Positions 24,338-33,284 of a stretch of DNA of 64,000 nt are shown piece by piece. Position 1 is the stretch's first letter. Every line of letters starts with the position of its first letter. The stretch covers positions 153,157-217,156 of the forward strand of contig JAFGGP010000013.1 of NCBI GenBank assembly GCA_016930485.1. The letters run 5' to 3'. Both the position numbers and the translations under genes were made by a program. The notes below the pieces were generated by a model. That model did no database searches and had not been told where the DNA came from. It was given only the letters and a program-made list of their open reading frames with translations. This DNA is from Candidatus Omnitrophota bacterium. Its GTDB lineage: Bacteria; Omnitrophota; Gorgyraeia; JAFGGP01.

Positions 24338-25867
24338 ATGAAAAATAATACTACAAAAAACATAAAAGATGTTTTTCTCTCCGCTGTCATCGCGAGTGAA
24401 ACGTTTAAGACAATGATTGCACTCTTTGATGAAACGCTTAACCGTCCGCATTGGTGGATTATAGAAAAAGATGCAGGTGTTTTTGTTTCCCCGTTCTGCA
24501 ACACTTCTTTGGTGGAGTGCAGTTATGTAAAGCGTCCAAAAAAAGACGCACGGCTATGTAAAAAAATAATTCTTGAGAAGATAAGGGGCCTTTCGGAAAA
24601 AGAAAAGCACCTCATTACTTTTCGCTGTCACAAAAAACAGGTAGGCATTATTATTCCGTTAGAAGTAGAGTTCAGGAGAATCGGTTTTATGTGTGCGTGC
24701 CCCATTAAAAAAGATACTCCATCGATCGACAGTATTTTATCACTGATAGCCGCCCATATAAAAACAGGGATAGAGAATATCAAAAAGGAGGTTGAACTAA
24801 AAAAACTGTATGATAGTGTGAGACCTCGCGCCCTGGCCCTCTCTACCATTCATACGGTTCACCGGTTAATGGGATCTGCTGTCGATCTTAATGACCTGCT
24901 GCCACGTCTTTCCCGGTTGTGTCTGCAGGTATTCCGTGCCACATACTGTTCTATTATGATAATCGATAATGAAAAGAAAATGCTTTACCCTAAGGCATTG
25001 GTTAATCTTGAACGTGCCGCCAAACCAAAAAAAATCAAAATAGGAGAAGGAATTGCCGGTAAAGTAGCCCAGACAGAAAAGGCCATTTTAAAGAGAAATG
25101 TCCTCTCGGTGCCGCTTATCGATGAAGAACTCATTGGCGTTATTACCATTCGCGATAAACAGAATAACGAGGCTTTTACTGGTGCCGATCAGGAAGTTTT
25201 AGAAACCCTGGCTGAACAATCGGTCATTGCCATTCATAGTGCCCGCATGTATGAGGAGCAGGAAAATCTGACCTTAGGAAGCATTAAATCCATAGCAGCG
25301 GCCCTTGACATTAAAGGAACGTCGGAGTATCGCCGTTCCGAACAGTTTCCGAAACTGGTCAGAACGATTGGCGAAGAGCTCGGTTTGTCCTATATCGATT
25401 TGCGACATCTGTATTACGCTTCTCTTTTGCCGGAAACCGATAAATTTGTCATCCCTGAAGAAATCCTTACCAAATCTTCCCCGCTGAAGAAAAGTGAATA
25501 TGACATCATAAGAAAACATCCGGTAAGGGGGGCGCAGATTATCGAACCGCTTGGCATCCTCCAACCGGTAATTCCTATTATTATGTACCATCATGAAAAG
25601 TATGACGGTACGGGGTACCCCGAAGGTTTGAAGGGCGATAAAATTCCTATTGGGGCACGCATCCTGTGCTTGGCAGAGGCATTTGAGGTGCTTTTTAGAA
25701 AAACCCCTTATCGACAAAGAACAGCAAGTCTTAAAAGCGCCGTTGATGAAATCAAAAAAAACTCGGGCACCCAATTTGACCCGAAAATAGTTAAAGCCTT
25801 CTATAGCGCCTACAAAAAGGGGAAGTTGCGATCGTACTTGGATGGATTAAAAAATGAGAAAAAATAA
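24338..25867 (+). CDS. GAF domain / degenerate HD-GYP domain protein
   Basis: GAF (IAGKVAQTEKAILKRNV...VITIRDK), then an HD-GYP fold keeping HHEKYDGTGYPEGLKG. The H of HS-RV reads RRSEQF and LLHDIGK reads LLPETDK. The start is set to the ATG at 24338, after the dgt stop. Confidence 0.75.
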   Translation: MKNNTTKNIKDVFLSAVIASETFKTMIALFDETLNRPHWWIIEKDAGVFVSPFCNTSLVECSYVKRPKKDARLCKKIILEKIRGLSEKEKHLITFRCHKKQVGIIIPLEVEFRRIGFMCACPIKKDTPSIDSILSLIAAHIKTGIENIKKEVELKKLYDSVRPRALALSTIHTVHRLMGSAVDLNDLLPRLSRLCLQVFRATYCSIMIIDNEKKMLYPKALVNLERAAKPKKIKIGEGIAGKVAQTEKAILKRNVLSVPLIDEELIGVITIRDKQNNEAFTGADQEVLETLAEQSVIAIHSARMYEEQENLTLGSIKSIAAALDIKGTSEYRRSEQFPKLVRTIGEELGLSYIDLRHLYYASLLPETDKFVIPEEILTKSSPLKKSEYDIIRKHPVRGAQIIEPLGILQPVIPIIMYHHEKYDGTGYPEGLKGDKIPIGARILCLAEAFEVLFRKTPYRQRTASLKSAVDEIKKNSGTQFDPKIVKAFYSAYKKGKLRSYLDGLKNEKK

Positions 25868-26618
25868 CCTATTTCTTTTGTTGATTTCTGTGACCATTTC
25901 TGTCTCTTTTATTTTGTCCGGATGCAGCACAATCACCGGAAGAGGCAGCGTTATCGAGCGCCCCTCGAAAGAGCAGCTTACCATGGGCCTGCGGGATGAG
26001 GTGTATTTTGACCCAGTACTTTACCCCGATCACCAAACACTGACATATAACAACATCACAATAGAGGTGCAATACACCCCAAAAAGTGTCCTGCAACAGT
26101 TCTTTTCGGATGAAAAAATATTCGGTAAATACGCAGGAGAAAATCCTTATCCGGAAGAGTTGATTGTATTTTATACGAAGATCTCCAATATGGGCACCAG
26201 CACAATTCATGTAGACCCGGTAAAATTTATATTACAAGATGATTTTTTCAGTCAGTATAATTACCTGACCCCTGATTACATATCCGCCTTATACGAAAAC
26301 AGAGGAAGCCTTTTCGGATTTGCAAAAACAACCGCCCAGGCAGCTCCAGGCATCTACGGAGCAGGAATAGGCGCCCTCGGTGTCCTTGGATCAAACTTTT
26401 CATGGAAGCGTTATTACTTAATCAAACGCGTCACATTAACAGGCGGGTATGTGCACACCGGCGTTATCTATGACGGATATATTTGCTTCCTCAACCCCCA
26501 TAAAAATGCCCAACAACTGACCTTGGTTATTCCAAATATACGCTATGACTTTGATGCGAACGAGGAGGCTCGGGATAGTCTCGAATTTAGATTTAATTTC
26601 TCAATACAACCCCGATAG
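25854..26618 (+). CDS. Hypothetical lipoprotein
   Basis: 254 aa. Signal peptide with lipobox FILSGC. No recognisable domain. Confidence 0.55.
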   Translation: MRKNNLFLLLISVTISVSFILSGCSTITGRGSVIERPSKEQLTMGLRDEVYFDPVLYPDHQTLTYNNITIEVQYTPKSVLQQFFSDEKIFGKYAGENPYPEELIVFYTKISNMGTSTIHVDPVKFILQDDFFSQYNYLTPDYISALYENRGSLFGFAKTTAQAAPGIYGAGIGALGVLGSNFSWKRYYLIKRVTLTGGYVHTGVIYDGYICFLNPHKNAQQLTLVIPNIRYDFDANEEARDSLEFRFNFSIQPR

Positions 26619-26716
26619 AAATTGTTAATAAGCATTTTCTGGCGCGCAACATGGTAGTGGGCAACACACACGTATTTATTACAACGTACTATTAAATAAA
26701 GCTACAAGGAACTTCT

Positions 26717-27283
26717 ATGAGAGAAAAGCAACCTGAACTATTTCAAGATTTACCGAAGGACAGGCAGTCTTTTTGGAACGCTTATAAAAATACGCTCTTC
26801 AATAAGACAAGTTCCCCTCTATATGTAACGTTTGAGCAAACCGTTTTCTTTTTGTGTGGTATTATATTATTAACTTTATTTTCTTATTCGCTAGGAGTCC
26901 ACCAAGGAAAAAAACGAGCGGTCAACATCGCTGATGTCGAAAGGGCTGACATAACGCAACCTGTTGTCGTTCCTATTCAAAAAGAGCAAAAAATAACTCC
27001 TCTGCTGCAGGAAAGCAGCGAGGTTACTCAAAAAAAAGAAATGCTAGAGCAGGAACTTTTTTATACGGTTCAGGTCGCCACATATACCAAAGAAACACAT
27101 GCTGTCCAGGAAATCACCTTCCTCAAAAAAGGCGGTTTTGAGGCATTCTCGAGAAAAAGCGGTGGATACTATCAGGTCTTCGTAGGGGTCTACCCCTCGA
27201 GTAGCAACGCTACTAAAGATCTGGCAAAATTAAAAAAACGCTATGGAGATGCCTTTATCAAAAAGATGAAAAATAGCAACTAA
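26717..27283 (+). CDS. SPOR domain-containing membrane protein
   Basis: 188 aa. One TM segment and a C-terminal SPOR-like FYTVQVATYTKETHAVQE...GGYYQVFVGVYPSSSNATKDLAKLKK. Confidence 0.7.
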   Translation: MREKQPELFQDLPKDRQSFWNAYKNTLFNKTSSPLYVTFEQTVFFLCGIILLTLFSYSLGVHQGKKRAVNIADVERADITQPVVVPIQKEQKITPLLQESSEVTQKKEMLEQELFYTVQVATYTKETHAVQEITFLKKGGFEAFSRKSGGYYQVFVGVYPSSSNATKDLAKLKKRYGDAFIKKMKNSN

Positions 27284-27296
27284 GAGAGGAGTTACT

Positions 27297-27524
27297 ATGT
27301 CGCAACACCCGAGCCTCAAGGCAACCGGAAATCAAAAACAACGGAGCGTCCTTAACAGACTGGAGAGAATCAAGCATCTTAAGGACAAAGAGCTTTGGAA
27401 AAATGCTATGTCGATTTTTGGCCTGCCGAAAGTAAAAACACTGAAGATCAAGGCCGGTAAGCGTAAAGGGCCTGCCGAAGAAAAAGAACAGACGGCAACC
27501 GAAACCCAAAAACCAACGCAGTAA
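27297..27524 (+). CDS. Small basic protein (resembles PVC-group TIGR04137-type small basic protein)
   Basis: 75 aa, Lys/Arg-rich. MSQHPSLKATG...RSVLNRLERIKHLKDKELW...SIFGLPKVK, assigned from memory of that family. GAGAGGAG SD upstream. Confidence 0.5.
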   Translation: MSQHPSLKATGNQKQRSVLNRLERIKHLKDKELWKNAMSIFGLPKVKTLKIKAGKRKGPAEEKEQTATETQKPTQ

Positions 27525-27539
27525 GTGCAGTAAGCAAGC

Positions 27540-28637
27540 ATGCCCAACTATCTATTTTGTGTGTATAGGAGGAAAGTTTTATTCTTTTGTGTCGCTGTTG
27601 CAGGCCTCTTGTTACAGGGCCAAACAGAAGAAGCCCCAGCATTTCAACGATTTGTAGGGAGTGCGGCCACTGACAATGTATATATTCGGTCAGGGCCCAA
27701 TAAAAATTTTGAGATACTTCATAAACTCGAAAAAGGCGAAGAGGTCGTCGTTGTAGAAAAGCAGTATGACTGGTTTAGTGTTCTTCTTCCCACGGAGGCG
27801 CGTTGTTTCATAACAAAAGAATTCGTGACAATCGCGCGCAAAGAAAGTTTTGTAAATGCAGATAGCGTAAACCTCAGATCCCGCCCAAGTATTTCTTCCA
27901 GTGTTATCGGTCAAGCCAATATCTATGACGAGGTCATTATTGTTGATTCACAGGATAACTGGTATAGGATTATTCCGCCTCGGTCGGCCCGTGGGTGGGT
28001 GCATGCAAACTTTATCAATAAAAAAGAACGCGCCAGAGATCTGAGGCTTGAAAACCAAAAAATTACTCACGACCAACAACTCCCTCTTCCGGCACCTCAG
28101 TTACATATCGCTAAGCAGGATGATGTCATTGTGTCCTCTCTAAGAGGGGAGTCTCCCAATATAGCTCCCACAATTCAAAAAAAATATGACTTCGAAGCAC
28201 ATAAACCCTCACCCAGAACATCTCAGACAAAGCCTCTTTCTTCTCAAGGACCGATAAACGTATCGGTCGATCAGAGTCCGGAACTAGAAAAAACCGAGCC
28301 CTCTCAAGTACATAACCAACTGTTAGGCAAACAGATTACCGAAAGTCCTCGATCTGTATCATCCGACAAAAAACAGACTATCAGCAAAGAAGTGGCTGAT
28401 TCCTCTTTAACCCAGCTGACCGGTCTTTTAGAAGACGCCGGAAGGCTCTGGTCAAGGCCTGGAACGCATAAATTAGTCGATTCAAACGGCAATCTGCTGT
28501 GTTATCTAAAAAGCGATTCGATCGATTTAAATCAGTTTGTGTACCACAGAGTAACCCTTTGGGGAAAAAAGCTCATCGACTCAAAACATGCGGTAATCAC
28601 CGTCACCCGAATAGAATCAATGCCTGCTGTCCAATGA
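27540..28637 (+). CDS. Bacterial SH3 (SH3b) domain-containing secreted protein
   Basis: 365 aa. Signal-like N-terminus, two SH3b-like repeats (VYIRSGPNKNFEILHKLEKGEEVVVV..; VNLRSRPSISSSVIGQANIYDEVIIV..WYRI), then a low-complexity Ser/Pro/Gln region. Confidence 0.6.
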   Translation: MPNYLFCVYRRKVLFFCVAVAGLLLQGQTEEAPAFQRFVGSAATDNVYIRSGPNKNFEILHKLEKGEEVVVVEKQYDWFSVLLPTEARCFITKEFVTIARKESFVNADSVNLRSRPSISSSVIGQANIYDEVIIVDSQDNWYRIIPPRSARGWVHANFINKKERARDLRLENQKITHDQQLPLPAPQLHIAKQDDVIVSSLRGESPNIAPTIQKKYDFEAHKPSPRTSQTKPLSSQGPINVSVDQSPELEKTEPSQVHNQLLGKQITESPRSVSSDKKQTISKEVADSSLTQLTGLLEDAGRLWSRPGTHKLVDSNGNLLCYLKSDSIDLNQFVYHRVTLWGKKLIDSKHAVITVTRIESMPAVQ

Positions 28638-29725
28638 AATCCATTACCCTCGGTCTCGGTCATCGTTCATATAACATTTTAGTCACTACAAGAAATGTGC
28701 CTTGTTTCGGTGCATTGTTAAAAAAAGCTGGCATAGGCAATTTTGCTATTATCATTACGCACAAAATTATAAAAAGGTACTTTGGTCCTCAGCTAACGCA
28801 AACATTAAAGCAGAATGGGATCGAGTACGCCTATATTGCGGTACCCGCCCGTGAGACTTCGAAATCCATACAAGAATTTGTGCGCGTTACAAAAAAAGTT
28901 GCGTCCCTCTCGAAGCTCAAGCGCCCGTTTGTGATTACTTTCGGAGGAGGGGTTGTTGGAGATCTCGGGGGGTTTGTCGCAGCGACCTACAAAAGGGGAA
29001 TCCCATTTGTTCAGTTACCTACAACATTACTTGCACAGGTGGATTCGGCAATCGGAGGAAAAGTAGCTATTGATCTCCCTGAAGGAAAAAATCTGCTTGG
29101 TGCTTTTTATCAGCCGTCGCTTGTATATTCCGATACCTCATTTCTAAAGACGTTAAAAAAACGGGAGATCAAAAGCGGGCTTGCCGAAATCATAAAGTAT
29201 GGAATCATCAAAGATGCGGCGCTTTTTGTATACATCGAAAAAAACTATGAAAAAATCATCCATCTCGAAGACCGCCCTCTCTCCCATATTATTTATACCT
29301 GCTCTGCCATTAAGGCTCATATTGTCGAGCAAGATGAACGCGACTCAAAGGATATCAGGGCCTTGCTCAATTTCGGACATACCCTGGGACATGCCATCGA
29401 ATCATCCGCTCGATATTCAGGGGCATACACGCACGGAGAAGCTGTAGCCATCGGCATGGTCTGTGCATCAGAATTATCAGAGGCCCTCGGAGTAACCCAA
29501 CAGCCGATCACGTCTCGGTTGGAAGAGTTGCTGCAAGCGGTTGACCTCCCCACATACGTGCAGGGAATAAAGCCGGAGAAGCTTCTTAGAGCCATTCAGT
29601 ATGATAAAAAATTCAGAGGGAAGATAAGACGTTTTATCCTGCCGGTGCGTATCGGTCAAGCAGTCGTATATGACCGCATCCCCTTAGGGTTAGTAAGAAA
29701 AATCCTTGAGCGGCGCTGTCGCTAA
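28634..29725 (+). CDS. aroB: 3-dehydroquinate synthase
   Basis: GGGVVGDLGGFVAATYKRGIPFVQLPTTLLAQVDSAIGGK and NFGHTLGHAIE. The start ATG at 28634 overlaps the previous stop (ATGA). Confidence 0.9.
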   Translation: MKSITLGLGHRSYNILVTTRNVPCFGALLKKAGIGNFAIIITHKIIKRYFGPQLTQTLKQNGIEYAYIAVPARETSKSIQEFVRVTKKVASLSKLKRPFVITFGGGVVGDLGGFVAATYKRGIPFVQLPTTLLAQVDSAIGGKVAIDLPEGKNLLGAFYQPSLVYSDTSFLKTLKKREIKSGLAEIIKYGIIKDAALFVYIEKNYEKIIHLEDRPLSHIIYTCSAIKAHIVEQDERDSKDIRALLNFGHTLGHAIESSARYSGAYTHGEAVAIGMVCASELSEALGVTQQPITSRLEELLQAVDLPTYVQGIKPEKLLRAIQYDKKFRGKIRRFILPVRIGQAVVYDRIPLGLVRKILERRCR

Positions 29726-29819
29726 CTCTCACCATCGCCACTCCTTATAAAAAGATATCATAATGTTAAACAATCAAAGAATGTTGAAAAATCAACCGTT
29801 TTATGCTATGGTATAGCCA

Positions 29820-30200
29820 ATGGATGCACAACACGTTGAGAGAAGACGCTTTAAGAGAGAATCGCTCAAGGCACCACTCAAGGTATATAAAACAGGTAAG
29901 AGCGCGTGTCATGAGACAGTATTGCAGGATATCTCCGAAGGTGGGCTCTGTTTCTATACAGAAAAGTTCTTTTCGCGCCATTCGAGGCTGAAGCTCGAGC
30001 TTTTTACCGGCACGCCCCAGCAGTATGCCACTGTCTTTGGAACGGTGCACTGGATAAAAAAAATACCGTATCGTGTCTCGTATCATATAGGCGTCAAATT
30101 CGATGAGATATGCCCAAAGATCGCTACGCGTTTCGATCGAAAACGGATTGAAAAGAGTTTTGAAACATTCCCCACCGAACCGTATACACTCTCAGTCTAG
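29820..30200 (+). CDS. PilZ domain protein (stand-alone)
   Basis: 126 aa. ERRRFKR (RxxxR) and DISEGG (D/NxSxxG) c-di-GMP-binding motifs. Confidence 0.8.
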   Translation: MDAQHVERRRFKRESLKAPLKVYKTGKSACHETVLQDISEGGLCFYTEKFFSRHSRLKLELFTGTPQQYATVFGTVHWIKKIPYRVSYHIGVKFDEICPKIATRFDRKRIEKSFETFPTEPYTLSV

Positions 30201-30232
30201 CGCTTCAGACACACATTACTATAGCAGCTCCC

Positions 30233-30610
30233 ATGGAAAATGCGGTAGATCTGATACAGAAAATAGAAAAAATTATCAAAAAAGACCCACGATATAAAGA
30301 AGAGGCGTATACCTTTGTTTTGGCCGCTTTAAATTATACCGTTGGCAAGCTCCCAACAAAACGGCATATTTCAGGTCGGGAATTGCTCGAAGGCATACGG
30401 GAGTATGCCCTTAATCAATTTGGTCCCATGACCAAAACTGTTCTACACTACTGGGGAATTGCCGAAACACTTGATTTTGGAAATATTGTATTTCACATGA
30501 TAGACGCCAAATTACTCGGAAAGAGCGAAGAAGATTCCCTTGAGGATTTTAAAAACGTCTTTGACTTTAAGGCCGCCTTTACCCCTTCGAACGACTATAC
30601 CCTTGAGTAA
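30233..30610 (+). CDS. Minf_1886-like (TIGR04138-type) conserved protein
   Basis: 125 aa. RHISGRELLEGIREYALNQFGPMTKTVLHYWGIAETLDFGNIVFHMIDAKLLGKSEEDSLEDF resembles the PVC-restricted family as I recall it. Confidence 0.45.
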   Translation: MENAVDLIQKIEKIIKKDPRYKEEAYTFVLAALNYTVGKLPTKRHISGRELLEGIREYALNQFGPMTKTVLHYWGIAETLDFGNIVFHMIDAKLLGKSEEDSLEDFKNVFDFKAAFTPSNDYTLE

Positions 30611-30714
30611 GAAACATCCTTCCTCACTCATACACTCACCCCCCCCTCAAGGTTTCATACGAAGGGAATGAGCATAACTTTTGGGCATCGCATTGTAAAC
30701 AAAAAAGTTATTGA

Positions 30715-31422
30715 ATGTTTCGTGTTTATAGGCTATACTACATACCAACCTTGCAAAGCGGCTATACGAAAACACTCAACACTATATATGATAAGCTGTT
30801 AGAAAAATACGGACCACAATATTGGTGGCCTGCCGAAAGCCTTATCGAGGTCGCCGTCGGCATAATTCTGACCCAGAATACTGCATGGATCAATGTAGAA
30901 AAGGCAATTGAGAGCCTCAAACAAAACAAAGTATTGTCTCTGAAAAAGCTTGATGCCTTGGCACATCAAGAACTGGCCCGGTTAATAAGACCGTGTGGAT
31001 ATTATAATGTGAAGGCGCAACGGCTTAAAAATTTTCTTGATTTCTTTATGAAGGAATACGGTGGTTCTTTCATGAAAATGAAACAAGAAAAAACCGCCAC
31101 TATACGAAAGCGGCTTCTATCAATTAAGGGCGTCGGGAAAGAAACTGCTGATAGCATACTTCTTTATGTGCTAAAAAAACCTGTTTTTGTTGTTGACGCA
31201 TACACAAAAAGAATACTTGCACGACATCGATTAGTACGGCAAAGCGCTGATTATGATGAAGTGCAGCGGTTGTTTCATACCCATATAAAACGAAGTGCCA
31301 AAGTATTCAACGAATATCACGCATTAATTGTAAAACTAGGTAAAGAGCATTGCCAAAAAAACGCACAGTGCGATAGATGTCCATTGGAAATGATGTTAAA
31401 AGGAGGTGGAAGTGAACGCTGA
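30715..31422 (+). CDS. Endonuclease III-related HhH-GPD protein with Fe-S loop
   Basis: YGPQYWWPAES, ILTQNTAW, IKGVGKETADSILLY (HhH-GPD) and the C-terminal HCQKNAQCDRCPL cysteine cluster. The N-terminal start is uncertain. Confidence 0.8.
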   Translation: MFRVYRLYYIPTLQSGYTKTLNTIYDKLLEKYGPQYWWPAESLIEVAVGIILTQNTAWINVEKAIESLKQNKVLSLKKLDALAHQELARLIRPCGYYNVKAQRLKNFLDFFMKEYGGSFMKMKQEKTATIRKRLLSIKGVGKETADSILLYVLKKPVFVVDAYTKRILARHRLVRQSADYDEVQRLFHTHIKRSAKVFNEYHALIVKLGKEHCQKNAQCDRCPLEMMLKGGGSER

Positions 31423-31771
31423 AGAACAAAAACAGACTGCTGAAGAGTACCATCAACCCGAAGAACCCCAACAACTGCCGGAGCAGAATGCGGAGCAAAA
31501 TGCCGAGGTGCAGGAACAAAACTCGTCTGCACAACAACCCGAAGAAGACAAATCTGATGTTTCGAAAGAGAGCATACAAGCAGGAAAAGCATCTGAAGAA
31601 AAATTAAAACAACAGCCAAAAAAGGAAAGAACGCCACGTATTAAAACTGTAAACTGCGCCAACTGCAATAAGTTGCTCCACAAAGGGTGGTGGTATTATC
31701 GTGACTCTAAGTATTACTGCAACAAGCGTTGTTGGAAAAGCCTGAAATCAAAGGCCGCGGAAGAAGCCTAA
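31412..31771 (+). CDS. Acidic protein with C-terminal CxxC...CxxxC zinc-ribbon (TRASH-like)
   Basis: Glu/Gln-rich N-terminus with an EQNAEQNAE repeat. C-terminal VNCANCNKLLHKGWWYYRDSKYYCNKRCW. GTG at 31412 with an AGGAGG SD is preferred over 31406. Confidence 0.45.
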   Translation: MNAEEQKQTAEEYHQPEEPQQLPEQNAEQNAEVQEQNSSAQQPEEDKSDVSKESIQAGKASEEKLKQQPKKERTPRIKTVNCANCNKLLHKGWWYYRDSKYYCNKRCWKSLKSKAAEEA

Positions 31772-31795
31772 GCGCGAATCAGAGGGGAGCGCGTC

Positions 31796-32149
31796 ATGAA
31801 GGAGGATAGACAATGCATTTTCTGCAAAATTATTGCCCGTGAAATTGGTAGCACAATCTTGTATGAAGACAACGATATAATTGCCTTTAATGACATTGCT
31901 CCCAAGGCACCGGTCCATGTGATTATTATTCCCAAGCAGCATATCGAACGGATTAACGATATTACCGCTGAAACTGCCCTGTTGGTCGGAAGGTTGATTC
32001 TGGTCGCCAAGACACTTGCGGAAAAACTCGAGATTGCCGAATCGGGATACCGTCTTGTCTTCAACTGCAACCAAAACGCGGGCCAGGCAGTCTTCCACAT
32101 TCACCTGCATTTGCTGGGGGGGAGATTGTTGCATTGGCCTCCAGGGTAA
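31796..32149 (+). CDS. Histidine triad nucleotide-binding protein (HINT branch)
   Basis: 117 aa. CIFCKI, APVHVIIIPK and HIHLHLLGG. Confidence 0.9.
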   Translation: MKEDRQCIFCKIIAREIGSTILYEDNDIIAFNDIAPKAPVHVIIIPKQHIERINDITAETALLVGRLILVAKTLAEKLEIAESGYRLVFNCNQNAGQAVFHIHLHLLGGRLLHWPPG

Positions 32150-32152
32150 ACA

Positions 32153-32548
32153 ATGATGAGCGATAAAACCGAAAGAAGAAAACATCGACGGGTAGAACAC
32201 GCGCTTTCGCTAAAGCTGCGCAGCGAAAGTAACGATGATATATTTTCACAGACAAAAAATATCAGCTGTAGTGGGGCAAACTGCGAGGTGAGCGCAGAAC
32301 TGCCGTTAATGACAAAGCTTGCCATTACGCTCCTCGTTCCTGCGCAGTCAAAAAATAAAGAAAAATGTACAACAAAAAAAATAAATTGCGAAGGCGTAGT
32401 TGTAAGAAGTGAGTCATGCTATTTGCCGAATAATAATGAATTAGTTGAAGAGAGATACAGCATTGCTATCTTCTTTACTGAAATGTCGAAATCGGACAGA
32501 AAATGTCTTGCTGCGTATGTCGATTCTCTCATACAATCTCCACAGTAA
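32153..32548 (+). CDS. PilZ domain protein (stand-alone)
   Basis: 131 aa. RRKHRR (RxxxR) and NISCSG (D/NxSxxG). Confidence 0.75.
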   Translation: MMSDKTERRKHRRVEHALSLKLRSESNDDIFSQTKNISCSGANCEVSAELPLMTKLAITLLVPAQSKNKEKCTTKKINCEGVVVRSESCYLPNNNELVEERYSIAIFFTEMSKSDRKCLAAYVDSLIQSPQ

Positions 32549-33284
32549 CGCAAACACATACAACTCCTTACGGATAGGCCTGTTATTAGCAGGCTTCGTT
32601 TTATTTGGCTCCCTGTTTTGCACCGCCTCTCTTTTTTCTCAATCGATCAATGAGGACGTTGCGCAACAGTTTCTCCATGCCATCCACTGGTACGGGCACG
32701 GGTCTTTCAGAATCGAACTTGAGGGAGAAACCGTATACATCGATCCGTGGAATCTCCCAAATGCACCCAAGGCCGATTATATCCTGATCACGAATCCGCA
32801 TTTTGGTCATTTCTCAAAAGAAGATATAAACACACTCAAAACAGCAAAAACGGTAATCGTGGCAGTTAAGGCAGTAGCGGCAAAAATTGACGAGGGGAGT
32901 ATAAAAATTATTGAACCTGGCCAAAAGCTCCGTTTTGGAAGTTTGGTGATTGAAGCAGTCCCCGCTTATACTGTTACGAATAATTATTTTCCGCGCGAAA
33001 AAGACTACGCTGGTTATCTTATATCAAATGCGCATATTCGTATTTACTGTGCCGGAAGCACGGACGTCGTTCCTGAAATGGAACAGATACGGTGTGATAT
33101 TGCCCTCCTGCCGGTTTCTGGTGCCCCTGTTATGGGTCCTGAAGAAGCAGCGCAAGCTACGCGCATTATAAAACCTAGCATAGCCATTCCCATGCATTAC
33201 GGAGCTATTATCGGATCTATACGAGATGCCCACAGATTTAAAGACCTTGCCGAAACAAGAGTGGAAATCCTTGGCATAGAATGA
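32517..33284 (+). CDS. MBL-fold metal-dependent hydrolase (UPF0173-like), secreted
   Basis: Signal-like LLLAGFVLFGSLFCTASLFS, then WYGHGSFRIELEGETVYIDPW...ITNPHFGH. The start is uncertain (32445-32580). Confidence 0.65.
   Translation: MSILSYNLHSNANTYNSLRIGLLLAGFVLFGSLFCTASLFSQSINEDVAQQFLHAIHWYGHGSFRIELEGETVYIDPWNLPNAPKADYILITNPHFGHFSKEDINTLKTAKTVIVAVKAVAAKIDEGSIKIIEPGQKLRFGSLVIEAVPAYTVTNNYFPREKDYAGYLISNAHIRIYCAGSTDVVPEMEQIRCDIALLPVSGAPVMGPEEAAQATRIIKPSIAIPMHYGAIIGSIRDAHRFKDLAETRVEILGIE

Noticed and set aside
31307-31683. Antisense ORFs (90, 106 and 76 aa) opposite the acidic zinc-ribbon protein gene.
   Set aside because: They are generated by the low-complexity GAA/CAG-rich sense sequence. 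They show Leu/Phe/Cys-rich nonsense composition and have no SD.
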